From assembly GCA_965215505.1 (NCBI GenBank), contig OZ244065.1:2432001-2496000 (forward strand): a stretch of DNA of 64,000 nt, read 5' to 3'. Made by a program: the position numbers and the translations under genes. The notes beneath the pieces are model-generated. The model saw only the letters and a program-made list of their open reading frames with translations, did no database searches and was not told where the DNA came from. Shown here one piece after another: positions 8,605 to 18,102 of this stretch. This DNA comes from Capsulimonadaceae bacterium (GTDB lineage: Bacteria; Armatimonadota; Armatimonadia; Armatimonadales; Capsulimonadaceae). The stretch's first letter is position 1. Every line of letters starts with the position of its first letter.

Positions 8605-9921
8605 ATGCGACCTTCACCCATGCGACTTCTTACCCGCCTCAGCCTGCCGGTGGCCGCCCTCAGCCTGATGGCGGCGCTCCCCGCACCCGCCCAGACCGTC
8701 TATGATCCTGGCCCCGACCAGCAGCAGCAGGGCCGACAGCGGCGGGGGCGGGGGCGGAACCGCAACAACCCGAATAACCAGAACAACAATAACCAGAACA
8801 ACCAGGGGACGCAGAGCGATGGGTCGTTCGGCAGCACGGCGACGGGGCTGCCGGGCGGTGTCCCGAAGCCGCAGCCGCCCGGCCCGGTGGATAACGAGGA
8901 CTCGGTCAACACTGCGCCCGCTGTGAGCGCAAACGGCGTCTTGTATTTCGGGTCCTGGAACCACGAGGTCACGGCCCTGGACGAGAAGACGGGCGCGGTC
9001 CGCTGGAAGTTCACGACGGGCGACATCGTCAACGCCTCCCCGGCCCTCGGGCCGGACGGCAGCGTCTACGTCACCTGCCGCGACCGGAACGTCTACGCGC
9101 TGGACGGCAAGACGGGGGCCAAGCTCTGGCAGTTCGCCACGTCGGGCCGGCTGGCGACGCGCCCCGCCGTGGCGGGGGGGATGGTGTACGTCGGGACCTC
9201 GGACAAGGATCGGAAGGTAGTCGCGCTGGACGCCAAGACCGGCGTGAAGAAGTGGGAGCGGGCGACCCAGACGGGAGCCTCCTCGCCCGCCGTCGGGGCG
9301 GGCGGGACGGTGTACGTCTCGGCGGGCAAATTATACGCGCTGGACGGCGCGACGGGTGCGGTCCGGTGGAGCCAGGACCTGAACGTCCTGCCTACTCAGG
9401 CCCCAACCGTCGGCCCGGCCGATGCGGTCTATGTCGGCACGGCCGACGCCCAGCTTTATGCGATTGACGGCGCGACCGGAAAGACGCTGTGGCGGTTCGA
9501 CATGGGGGATACCCTGGATTACCCCGTCGTGCGGGGGCCGGACGACATGCTGTATGCCAGCGCCCGCAAGCTGTTCGCCCTGAACACCAATGGTAAGGTG
9601 CGGTGGGAGCGGGCCGGCGACGGCACGGCCTGGTCGTCGCCCGCCGTCGGCACGAACGGCGTCCTGTACACGGGCTACAGCGACTCGAAGGTCTACGCGC
9701 TGGACGCTTTGACCGGCCGCACGCGCTGGGAATTCGCCACCAACGACGGCCTGATCTGCTTCCCAGCCCTGGGCACGTCCGCCGCCGTCTACTTCCAGTG
9801 CGAGGGGGACAGCAAGGTCTACGCCCTGAACCGCCAGACCGGGCGCGCGATCTGGACATCGGTGCAGGACCCGACGCAGGGGCCGGCGCGACCGTCCTTC
9901 GCGGCGGGCGTCACCAAATAG
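8605..9921 (+). CDS. Secreted PQQ-like (BamB-type) beta-propeller repeat protein
   Basis: Signal peptide and repeated SPA..G.VY...YALD..TG...W.F motifs. Confidence 0.85.
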   Translation: MRPSPMRLLTRLSLPVAALSLMAALPAPAQTVYDPGPDQQQQGRQRRGRGRNRNNPNNQNNNNQNNQGTQSDGSFGSTATGLPGGVPKPQPPGPVDNEDSVNTAPAVSANGVLYFGSWNHEVTALDEKTGAVRWKFTTGDIVNASPALGPDGSVYVTCRDRNVYALDGKTGAKLWQFATSGRLATRPAVAGGMVYVGTSDKDRKVVALDAKTGVKKWERATQTGASSPAVGAGGTVYVSAGKLYALDGATGAVRWSQDLNVLPTQAPTVGPADAVYVGTADAQLYAIDGATGKTLWRFDMGDTLDYPVVRGPDDMLYASARKLFALNTNGKVRWERAGDGTAWSSPAVGTNGVLYTGYSDSKVYALDALTGRTRWEFATNDGLICFPALGTSAAVYFQCEGDSKVYALNRQTGRAIWTSVQDPTQGPARPSFAAGVTK

Positions 9922-9956
9922 GCCGGTGGGAGGAAATCGGGCGGCAGAGGGCGAAT

Positions 9957-9993
9957 GGGGCCGTCAACGCCGGGGCCGTTGACGGCCCCTTTT
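9957..9993 (+). terminator. Intrinsic terminator
   Basis: GGGGCCGTCAACG-loop-CGTTGACGGCCCC followed by TTTT. Confidence 0.75.
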
Positions 9994-10007
9994 GCTGAGG
10001 CAACCTA

Positions 10008-10940
10008 ATGGAACCCGAGACACGACCCACACCGGACACCGAGATCATTCTAACTCATGGCAACTGGCGGCTCGCCGTCGCGCCCTACGGCGCGTCCCTG
10101 CGCAGGCTTTCCCACGCGGGCACCGACGTCATCACCGGCTACTCCGGCGCGAAAGGCAAGGTCGGCGGCCAGGGCGACGTCCTGATCCCCTTCCCCGGCC
10201 GTGTCGCCGGGGGCCGCTACGCCTTCCTGGGCCAGACCTACCAGATGGACCAAAACGACAAGGAGACGCCGAGCGCCATCCACGGGTTCCTGCGGTCCGT
10301 CCTCTGGGAAACCGAGCAGCCCGCACCCGACGAAGTGACCTTCACGACCAACCTCCACCCCGACTCCCACCCCGGCTACCCCTTCGCGCTGGGCGTGCGC
10401 GTCACTTATCACCTGTCGGACACCGGCCTTGCCGTCGCCTTCGTCATCGAGAACACCGGCGACACGCCCGCGCCCGTCGCGGCGGGCTTCCACCCCTATT
10501 TTACGGTCGGCACTGCCCTCATTGACACGGCCATGCTCCAGGTCCCCTTCGGCGCGACCCAGGAGTTCAAGGACCTGCTGCCGACGGGGACCATCCTGCC
10601 CGTGGACGGTACGTCGCTAGACTTCCGGCAACCCCGGCCCCTCGGCGGCGCTGTCTTCAATACCTGCTACCTCCAGCCCATCCGCGACCCGGACGGGCAC
10701 CTCCGCATCCGCCTTAACGACCCCGCGACGGGCCGGTCGCTGGCCGTCTGGATGGACGCGGCCTTCGACTACGTCGTCCTCTACTCCGGCGACCCGCTGC
10801 CCGACGACCACCGCCGCCGCGCGCTCGCCATCGAGCCGATGACGTGCGGCGCGGACGCCTTCAACCACCCCGAATGGGGCCTGGCGTCCCTCGTTCCGGG
10901 CGAGACGCTGTCGGGGTCATGGGGGGTGACGGCGGAGTAG
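10008..10940 (+). CDS. Aldose 1-epimerase family protein
   Basis: Motifs LIPFPGRV, AIHG, GYPF, GFHPYF and LAIEPMT. Confidence 0.9.
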   Translation: MEPETRPTPDTEIILTHGNWRLAVAPYGASLRRLSHAGTDVITGYSGAKGKVGGQGDVLIPFPGRVAGGRYAFLGQTYQMDQNDKETPSAIHGFLRSVLWETEQPAPDEVTFTTNLHPDSHPGYPFALGVRVTYHLSDTGLAVAFVIENTGDTPAPVAAGFHPYFTVGTALIDTAMLQVPFGATQEFKDLLPTGTILPVDGTSLDFRQPRPLGGAVFNTCYLQPIRDPDGHLRIRLNDPATGRSLAVWMDAAFDYVVLYSGDPLPDDHRRRALAIEPMTCGADAFNHPEWGLASLVPGETLSGSWGVTAE

Positions 10941-10988
10941 GGGGTGGGGCAGGAACAGCAGGCCGGACAAGAGGGAGGGAAGGAAAAG

Positions 10989-11053
10989 AGGGCGGGGAAC
11001 CCCGCCCCTACGGGCATTAATTTGTCCGCGTAAGGGCAGGGTTCCCCTGCCCT
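10989..11053. repeat. GTAG-family REP doublet
   Basis: AGGGCGGGGAACCCCGCCCCTAC and GTAAGGGCAGGGTTCCCCTGCCCT between convergent genes. Confidence 0.75.
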
Positions 11054-11067
11054 CTTCTCTCTTCCCC

Positions 11068-13731
11068 TCACCTTCGGGCGGCGCGTGGGCCGGCAGCCAT
11101 CAGGGCGTGGTAGATCGCTCGGTTGTAGGGTGCGACGTAGTTCAGGATCAGCCGCCGTATGCGGGGCTTCTGCGCCTCTGTCGCGAAAGCATCGCTCATC
11201 ACGAGCGTCCGCACACGGAACTCTCTTGGCTCGTACCCCTCTCTTTGGTCGGCAGTCAGGCCGATGATGCCACTGCGCCAGTCGCCTGGAACCTCCAAAA
11301 CGCTTCTGTCACCCCGGCGAAGTGCCTGCCGTGCGTCCGCCACAGGATGACCACGCTCCATCGCCTGCAATTCCGCGTCCATCCGATGCCGAACGCTTTG
11401 CAGATCGGCATCCCCGCTTTGTTTCAGGAATCGCAACAGCGACTGGTTGTAGCGCAGAGCATAACGCTCCGCTCTGTCCTGCAAGCGACTTTCCCCTTCA
11501 GTTTGAGGTGTATCGCTCGTCCCTTCGACGGCATTGATCCCCTTCAAGCCAACGAGTAGGTTAAAACCGTCCCCCGGAACCCCTGGAACGGACAGGCTGA
11601 AGCCGTAGATGCCGATGAAGCGCAGATCGTGGCGCGAGATCGCTTGGCGTAGGTCGGTGGCGGGATCGGCATCCGCCATCGCGCCCAGGTGCAGGTGGCC
11701 GGTCTGCCCGACCGTGCCCTGGCTCGCGCCGATGCTGGTCGGCCCCGTAGGCAGTATCAGGTTCCCCCAGAAGTCACGCCCGCCGCTGCCGGGGATGCCC
11801 CTGCCGGCACGGAGCAGGGGCGAGCCGACGAGTGGGGCGTACCCTTGAGCGCCGGGCGTACCGGGCGCGGCGAGGTGCGGGTCAGTAGTGACGGCGTGGG
11901 GGTCGGCGGGGCGGGCGGCGATGTCACCCCAATAAGCATTGCTGTCGAAGGCCACCTGAGTCATGCCGCCGAAGTCGAAGCGGGCCTTGCCGTCTGTGTA
12001 GAAGACATTGTTGTAGAAGCGCGTGTCGGCGGGCCATTTATTGCCCCCGCCCCAGTTCCCGCTCGCCACCAGGAGAATGTCCTGGGCTTTGCCCAGATAG
12101 AAGAAGTTGTTATAGACCTGCGTGTCCTGGCAGGGGCCGGTGATGTTGAAGGTGTGCAGGCCGTCATTGGCGCTGATGTTGTAGCGGATCACCGTCCCCG
12201 AGTTGCCGATGTTCCAGGGCGGGGACTGGCCGCCGTCGTCGCAGATCAGCATGAAGCCGCCGTCGTTGTCGTGGCTGTAGTTGTACTGGAACAGGGTGTG
12301 GCGGCAGTTATAGTCCGAGTCGTAGCCCTCGCCGTCCATCGTCCCCTTCATGCCGCTGACCTCGTTGAACTGGACCACGGTGTTGTCGCAGGACCAGGGC
12401 CAGATGCCCGCCGCGTAGTCCTGGGCGCGCATCCGGCCCCCGCGCAGGGTGTTGTGTTCGATGAGGCAGCCGTCACAGCCGATGGGGACGATGCCGTCGC
12501 CGCCGATGTCGGTCAGAGTGTTGCCCCGGATGACGACGTGCGTGCTGAGAGGCCAGGACGGGCGGGGGTAGTAGGCGCTCATCGTGATGCCGTTGCGGTC
12601 GGTGCGGGTCAGCCGGCAGTCCTCGATGGTCAGGCCGTCATAGCGGGTCCTCACCTTGTTGCCGCCGCTGGCGCAGGAGATGCCGTTCCCGCCCCCTGCG
12701 TCTTTGACGTTGCTGCCGAACACGTCATGGACATCTAAGCCGTGCAGGCGGATGCCGTGGGCGACGCCGAAGTTCTCCAGACGCACTTCCACCCCGGCCA
12801 ATCCGGGCACGCGGGTCGGAGCGCGGTTGGCGATGTCCAGATCGGACACGTCCCAATACTCGCCGTTGTACAGGTAGACCGTCGCCAGCGCCTTGCCCCC
12901 GGCGTCAACGGCAGGCTTGGGGCCGGTCCCGTAGCGGCTGAGGGTAATGGGCCTGCCCGCCGCGCCGCTGCCGCCGGGGGACAGGAACCCGGCCCACCGG
13001 CTGCCGGCGCGGAGCAGGACGCGGTCGCCCGGCCCGAACGTGCCGCTGTTGACGCGGTCCAGGCTGCGCCAGGGATGGCGGGCGCTGTGCCCGTCGTTCG
13101 CGTCACTGCCTGCCGCCGAGTCCACATAGTAGGCAGTGCCGCCGGGCGACTTCCAGGTGCGCGCGGGTGCGGGCAGGCCCGGCGGCTCGGGGGCGGGCGT
13201 GGCCGTCAGGGTGAGGTCGTTGATCGCCAGCGCGCCCTTGTTCTGGATGCCGATGATGAGGATGTCGTCTGCCCCCGACGTGGTGAACGTCGTCTCGACA
13301 TGCCCCGTTTCGCCCGCCTCCCCGGCCCAATCTTTCCACCCTGCACTCCCCGTGGTGCTGCCCGCCCGGCGCGCGAGGACGTAGAACTTGGCGTTGGCTG
13401 CACGGGCGAGGACGCGGTAGTCGAACGAGACGGTGTAGACTTCTTTGGGCGAGAGCAGGCCCGTCTTGGAGTGGAAGAACTCGTTCCACTCGGACGCGGC
13501 GGCCCGCGAGTCGCCTTTGAGTGACTTCCTGCCGCCGACCTCTTCGGCGGGGTCGCTCGTCAGGGTCGCGGTGGCGGCATCGGCGGGCGACAGCACGCGG
13601 GCAGGGTCATCGGCGGCAAAGTCCATGTGCAGGACCGTCTTGGGGGCGTCGGCGGCACGGGCGGCGGGCACGGACGCCGCGAAAGCCGCCAGAAGGGCGG
13701 CGAGGAGAAGCGGGGGCGCGTAGGTTCTCAT
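11068..13731 (-). CDS. Secreted right-handed beta-helix (pectate-lyase-like) protein with an extra C-terminal domain
   Basis: Signal peptide, YYVDSAAGSDANDG..PWRSL, and beta-helix repeats (DGEGYDSDYNC, QYNYSHDNDGG). ATG 13731. Confidence 0.8.
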   Translation of the reverse strand: MRTYAPPLLLAALLAAFAASVPAARAADAPKTVLHMDFAADDPARVLSPADAATATLTSDPAEEVGGRKSLKGDSRAAASEWNEFFHSKTGLLSPKEVYTVSFDYRVLARAANAKFYVLARRAGSTTGSAGWKDWAGEAGETGHVETTFTTSGADDILIIGIQNKGALAINDLTLTATPAPEPPGLPAPARTWKSPGGTAYYVDSAAGSDANDGHSARHPWRSLDRVNSGTFGPGDRVLLRAGSRWAGFLSPGGSGAAGRPITLSRYGTGPKPAVDAGGKALATVYLYNGEYWDVSDLDIANRAPTRVPGLAGVEVRLENFGVAHGIRLHGLDVHDVFGSNVKDAGGGNGISCASGGNKVRTRYDGLTIEDCRLTRTDRNGITMSAYYPRPSWPLSTHVVIRGNTLTDIGGDGIVPIGCDGCLIEHNTLRGGRMRAQDYAAGIWPWSCDNTVVQFNEVSGMKGTMDGEGYDSDYNCRHTLFQYNYSHDNDGGFMLICDDGGQSPPWNIGNSGTVIRYNISANDGLHTFNITGPCQDTQVYNNFFYLGKAQDILLVASGNWGGGNKWPADTRFYNNVFYTDGKARFDFGGMTQVAFDSNAYWGDIAARPADPHAVTTDPHLAAPGTPGAQGYAPLVGSPLLRAGRGIPGSGGRDFWGNLILPTGPTSIGASQGTVGQTGHLHLGAMADADPATDLRQAISRHDLRFIGIYGFSLSVPGVPGDGFNLLVGLKGINAVEGTSDTPQTEGESRLQDRAERYALRYNQSLLRFLKQSGDADLQSVRHRMDAELQAMERGHPVADARQALRRGDRSVLEVPGDWRSGIIGLTADQREGYEPREFRVRTLVMSDAFATEAQKPRIRRLILNYVAPYNRAIYHALMAAGPRAARR

Positions 13732-13784
13732 AGGCGCTATTGTATCACGTCTGCGGCAAGGGATACAAGGCATTCCCTATCCCC

Positions 13785-13926
13785 GTAGGGGCGAACCTTG
13801 TGTTCGCCCTTCCCATCCCGCGTCCGCCCTTCCCATCCCGCGTCCGCCCTTCCCATCCCGCGTCCGCCCTTCCCATCCCGCGTCCGCCCTTCCCATCCCG
13901 CGTCCGCCCTTCCCATCCCGCGTCCG
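13785..13926 (+). repeat. REP (13785-13810) continuing into a perfect 20-bp x6 tandem repeat
   Basis: GTAGGGGCGAACCTTGTGTTCGCCCT, then CGCCCTTCCCATCCCGCGTC six times (13805-13924) with no spacers. Confidence 0.9.
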
Positions 13927-13964
13927 GACGCCCACGGGGGTGCACCCTCCCTGCCCTGTTCCCC

Positions 13965-15125
13965 CTACCGGATACGTCTGAGGAGGGCCTGAAGCACGAA
14001 TGGGGCGAGGTAAGCATGGCCGGCGGCGTGGGGGTGGACGCCGCCCCCGTAAGCGGGCGAGCCGAGCGCGCGGGCGACCTCGGGGCCGAGGTCAACCAGG
14101 ACGGTCTTGCGGTCGGCAGGGTGCGCGGCCTGGTACGCCGCGACGGCGGCCTTCAGCGCCGTGATGTAGGCCGGACCGTTCGGGTAGACGCGCGTGTCGG
14201 CAAGGCCCGGCGGGACCAGGACGATGATCTGGGCGGCGGGCGCGGCATCGCGCAGGGCCGCCAATGTGTTGGTCACACTGGCCTGCATGGCGGCCTTGTC
14301 GCTGCGGCTCAGGCACTCATTGACGCCGTAGTTGAACAGGACCGCCGCCGGCTCCTGGTCGGTCTGACCGTAGGCGCTCAGGTGGCCGCGCGAGTCCAGA
14401 AGGGACGTGGCGGCGTCTATTTTGGCCCAGCGGCCCTCGCCGCCCGATGCGGGGAATTCGGCAGGGACATCGCCCCGCGCGTCGCCGGGGCGGACCCAGC
14501 CGGAGTAGCCGCAGGCAGAGACTGTGTAGTCATAGCCTGCCGCGTCCAGGCCCTGGCCGACCAGGAACGAGTAGTCGCGCAGGCTGTCATCCGCCCCGTC
14601 ATCCGCCTGGATGCCCTCGGTGACGCTGTCGCCGACGATTAGGACCCACGGGCGCAGCGGCGCAGGCGTCGGCGTCGGCGTCGCGCCGTCATCGAGCGTC
14701 AGGCCCGTGACGGTGTAGGCGTTCGCGCCACGCCAGCGGGCGGTCTGCCGGCTGTTCCGGGTGTAGATCGTCAGCGTGTGCGGGCCGGGGGCGGTCAGGC
14801 CCGCAATCGGGATGCCGCCCGAGGCGGGCACGGGGACATTGTCGGTGAGCGCGCCGTCGAGGAAGTAGGAAACCGCGCTACCCGGCGTCTGGTTCGTGAT
14901 CTGGAGGGTCGCCGTGGGATGGGGCGAGGTCGTGGACCAGTGCCAGGTACACCATGCCCCGTTGTTCCAGGTGCGGCGGCTGACCGTGCCGCCGCGCCCG
15001 GCGTCCCCCGCCCAGGTCGCGGGGCTGAAGCGGGCGGCGGGGGAGGAAACGAGCAGGGTGATGTCGGCATGGGCGGGCAGGGTCGCGGCGGCCATCAGGA
15101 GCAGAAGCATCAGGGGCCGGGGCAT
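13965..15125 (-). CDS. Secreted SGNH/GDSL hydrolase (esterase)
   Basis: IVGDSVTEG, NYGVNE and GVHP motifs, plus a signal peptide. ATG overlaps the upstream TGA. Confidence 0.8.
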   Translation of the reverse strand: MPRPLMLLLLMAAATLPAHADITLLVSSPAARFSPATWAGDAGRGGTVSRRTWNNGAWCTWHWSTTSPHPTATLQITNQTPGSAVSYFLDGALTDNVPVPASGGIPIAGLTAPGPHTLTIYTRNSRQTARWRGANAYTVTGLTLDDGATPTPTPAPLRPWVLIVGDSVTEGIQADDGADDSLRDYSFLVGQGLDAAGYDYTVSACGYSGWVRPGDARGDVPAEFPASGGEGRWAKIDAATSLLDSRGHLSAYGQTDQEPAAVLFNYGVNECLSRSDKAAMQASVTNTLAALRDAAPAAQIIVLVPPGLADTRVYPNGPAYITALKAAVAAYQAAHPADRKTVLVDLGPEVARALGSPAYGGGVHPHAAGHAYLAPFVLQALLRRIR

Positions 15126-17485
15126 CAGCGTTCCCTCTTCACGGACACAAGCTGGTACGTCCCGGCCCGGTTCAGGCGGACGACTTTGCCCGCAAGGCTC
15201 ACCCGCGCATCCACGCCGGGCGGCAGGGTGATCCGGACGGCCAGGCCGGTGCCGGCTTTGTCCAGGCGGACATGGATCGGCCCGCGCGGGGTAGGCACGT
15301 CGCCCTCCGCCCAGCGCAGGTCGCCCAGGTCGGGCGCGATCTCGGCGGTCTTGAAGCCGCCCCCCGTCGGGCGGACGCCCAGGACGCACTCGGTGAGCCA
15401 GCTCGTCGGGCCGGACGACCAGCCGTGGCACAGGCTGACGAAGTAGCCGTGGTTGCCGTCGGCGTAGAGGTTCGCGTGGTAGCTTGTCTTGGGCCAGTGC
15501 GGGTCATAGGCTTCCCACAAGCTCGTCGCGCCCTCGGCCAGCATCGCGCCCCAGTAGTCGCGCAGGACGCGCATCGTCTCCCGGTTGTGCCCGGTCAGGC
15601 TCATCGCGTAGATGACGTAGTTGTTGTAGTACGGCGAGATGACGCCGTTGTTGTAGGCGGGGCTGCCGGTTTTGTCCCAAGCCGGGCTGTCCGGGGTCAG
15701 CACGGCATCGTAGATCGCCTTCTTCTGTTCAAGCGTGGCGACGCCCGAGTAGACCGCCATGGCGTTCTCCTGAAGGCGGTCGCCGTAGGTGTTCGCCGAC
15801 GCGCTGACGAGGTTCTGCCGGGCGGCGGATGTCAGCGTGTCGGCCCAGGCGGCGTACTTCGCGGCGTTCGTAGGGTCCCCCATCTCGCGCAGAAGGAAGA
15901 CGGCATCATGGGCGGCCTGGACGTAGAACATCTGGGTCGCCGCGCGGGCCGAGGGCGTGTCGCCGTCAAAACTCGGCGACCAGTCCACGAAGGGCCAGGC
16001 GTGGCGGTTGTTGGCGAACAGGTTTTTGTCGTCCAGTTCACCTTGCATGTAGCCGAGCAGGGAAACCAACAGGTCGTGCTGCTTGTGCAGGTAGGCGTAG
16101 TCGCCGAGGTGCCGGTGGAAGTCGGCCAGCGTGCAGACCCAGGCGCAGGAGTAGCCGGGGATGCCGTTGACGTGACCCCTGGGCGGTGCCGAAGCGGGCT
16201 GACCGCCTTGGGCGTCGTCCCGCAGCCGCTGCATGGTCTGTTCCATGAGGAACTTGTCGGCGAACACGGTATCAATGACGCGGCCCGAGACGTGCAGGTC
16301 GCCGATCCAGCGGGCGCGGTCGCGCTTGGGGGCGTCCCAGATGTCCTCCTGCATGCACAGATGGGCGGTATAGGCACCGGTATACCAGAGTTTCGTCAGG
16401 AGGGGATCGGAGCAGGCGAAAGAGCCTTTGTACTGGACCGGGTAATACTTGTGGTCCAGAGTCACGCCGGTCCAGGTGGTGGGAGCTGACCCAGCGAAGC
16501 TGAGTTTGGCATAGCGGAAGGCGCTGTAGGGGGAAGCGGCCTTGCCAGCCGAGTCACAGGTCAGCAGGTGCGGGCCGCCCCACGGGGATTTCAAGCACTC
16601 CTCACGCGACTCGCCCGTCGCGACCTGCACCTGCGCGCCTTCCGCGCCCGTCACCTGGATTCGCCCGGCGACTTCCCTGCCGAAGTCCAGCAGCAGGCCC
16701 GTCTGGTCCGCCGCGCCCGTGGGGGCGGGGTGCGCGGTCAGACGGACCGGCCCTCGCCCCGTCAGCGTCGCGACTCCCTTAATGGTGCCCGCCCCCAGCG
16801 TTTCCACGGCAGTGGGACGCAAGGCAAGATGGGCCAAGTAGGGCGCGCTGGCGTCATAGCCGGGCCAGCCCAGCAGGCCGCCCGCGTCTCTCCACGGGCC
16901 GCCGGTGAGCGCGGCGATGGCCGTGGCGGGGTGCCAGGAGGCGTCATCGAAGGCCGCCGCGTCCCATCCGTCCGGGGCCGCGCCGGTCCAGATCTGCCAG
17001 CGCGTGTCAGTCTCGACCGGGGCCTGACCGGGCATCTCCAGCCGGGCGACCAGGCCCGCCGCGCCGCCCGCATTCTGTGCGCGCACGGCGAGGACGTTCC
17101 GGCCCGCCGTCAGGAAGGGCGCGACGTTGACGCGGTGGACGTGCTGCCAGACGTTGTTGTCCTTCGGGTCGGGTGCCGAGTGGTCTACCTCTTTGCCGTT
17201 GACGGACAGCGTGAAGAAGTCGTCGGCGGTGATGTAGAGCGTCGCTTTGGTGGGCGCGGCGGCCAAGTCGAAGGCGCGCCGGAAGAGGACCGTCTGATTA
17301 TCTTTCGTCGCGCCCGCCCAGACCCAGCGAGCCGCATCGGCGGTCGCGGCGGGGGTTCCGGCGGGCATCGGCAAGCCATAGGTCGGGTCGAGGGTCGGGG
17401 GCCGCGCCTGTGCGGGGCTTGCCAGGGGCAGCGAGAGAAGGGCGAGTGAGAGAAGCGCGGGCAGGAGATATGGTGGGTGTGACAT
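15125..17485 (-). CDS. Alpha-L-rhamnosidase-like (GH78) glycoside hydrolase
   Basis: WDAPKRDRARWIGD, GATSLWE and SLCHGWSSGP motifs, plus a signal peptide. Confidence 0.9.
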   Translation of the reverse strand: MSHPPYLLPALLSLALLSLPLASPAQARPPTLDPTYGLPMPAGTPAATADAARWVWAGATKDNQTVLFRRAFDLAAAPTKATLYITADDFFTLSVNGKEVDHSAPDPKDNNVWQHVHRVNVAPFLTAGRNVLAVRAQNAGGAAGLVARLEMPGQAPVETDTRWQIWTGAAPDGWDAAAFDDASWHPATAIAALTGGPWRDAGGLLGWPGYDASAPYLAHLALRPTAVETLGAGTIKGVATLTGRGPVRLTAHPAPTGAADQTGLLLDFGREVAGRIQVTGAEGAQVQVATGESREECLKSPWGGPHLLTCDSAGKAASPYSAFRYAKLSFAGSAPTTWTGVTLDHKYYPVQYKGSFACSDPLLTKLWYTGAYTAHLCMQEDIWDAPKRDRARWIGDLHVSGRVIDTVFADKFLMEQTMQRLRDDAQGGQPASAPPRGHVNGIPGYSCAWVCTLADFHRHLGDYAYLHKQHDLLVSLLGYMQGELDDKNLFANNRHAWPFVDWSPSFDGDTPSARAATQMFYVQAAHDAVFLLREMGDPTNAAKYAAWADTLTSAARQNLVSASANTYGDRLQENAMAVYSGVATLEQKKAIYDAVLTPDSPAWDKTGSPAYNNGVISPYYNNYVIYAMSLTGHNRETMRVLRDYWGAMLAEGATSLWEAYDPHWPKTSYHANLYADGNHGYFVSLCHGWSSGPTSWLTECVLGVRPTGGGFKTAEIAPDLGDLRWAEGDVPTPRGPIHVRLDKAGTGLAVRITLPPGVDARVSLAGKVVRLNRAGTYQLVSVKRER

Positions 17486-17525
17486 GATAAGTAGTTGTCC
17501 AGGAATAGGCTATAATTAGGGCAAG

Positions 17526-18095
17526 ATGAGCCGACTAATCATTCTCACTCTGACGAACGAAGAGCGCATCGCCTTAGAAAAAGGCTCCCGTCACGGCACA
17601 AGCCATGCCTTCCCCGTGCCTTCCGCAGCCGCTGCCAAATGATCCTGCTCAAAGCCGACCGCCTGCCCTCCGCCCAGGTCGCTGAACGGATCGGCTGCTG
17701 CATGATCGCTGTCAACGGCTGGGTCAAACGCTTTCAAGCCGACGGCATTGAAGGACTGAAAGCCAGGCAAGGGCGAGGCCGCAGAGCCATTCTCGATGAC
17801 CAAGCCGATCTGGCGCAGGTGCGGGCTGCTGTGCAAAACCACCGCCAGAAGATCGGCCTTGCCAAAGCTGAACTCGAGACAAGCCTGGGCAAAGAGTTCA
17901 GCACGACCACGCTCAAGCGTTTTCTCAGCTCAAGCGTTTTCTCAGCTCAAGCGTTTTCTCAAAAACATCGCTGCCGCTACAAGCGATTGAGGGAGAGGCC
18001 CAAGGGCCAGCCCAGCCCTGATGTGTACGCGCTGCGGGTCGAGTGCCTGGCCGAACTCGAACGGCTGTCCGAGCGAGGCTGCCTCGACCTTCTTA
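17526..18095 (+). pseudogene. IS630-family transposase remnant (HTH part, frameshifted, DDE domain missing)
   Basis: MSRLIILTLTNEERIALEKG..HAF/RSRCQMILLK...WVKRFQADGIEGL..GRGRR...TLKRFL. An 11-nt duplication at 17603-17624 breaks the frame, and similarity stops before the expected catalytic Asp. Confidence 0.8.
17911..17961 (+). repeat. 17-bp x3 perfect tandem repeat inside IS630
   Basis: GCTCAAGCGTTTTCTCA three times, directly before the AAAAAC run. Confidence 0.95.
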
Positions 18096-18102
18096 GTTCC
18101 TT

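Noticed and set aside
13805-13924. Possible CRISPR array
   Set aside because: The units are head-to-tail with no spacers, and there are no cas genes in the window.
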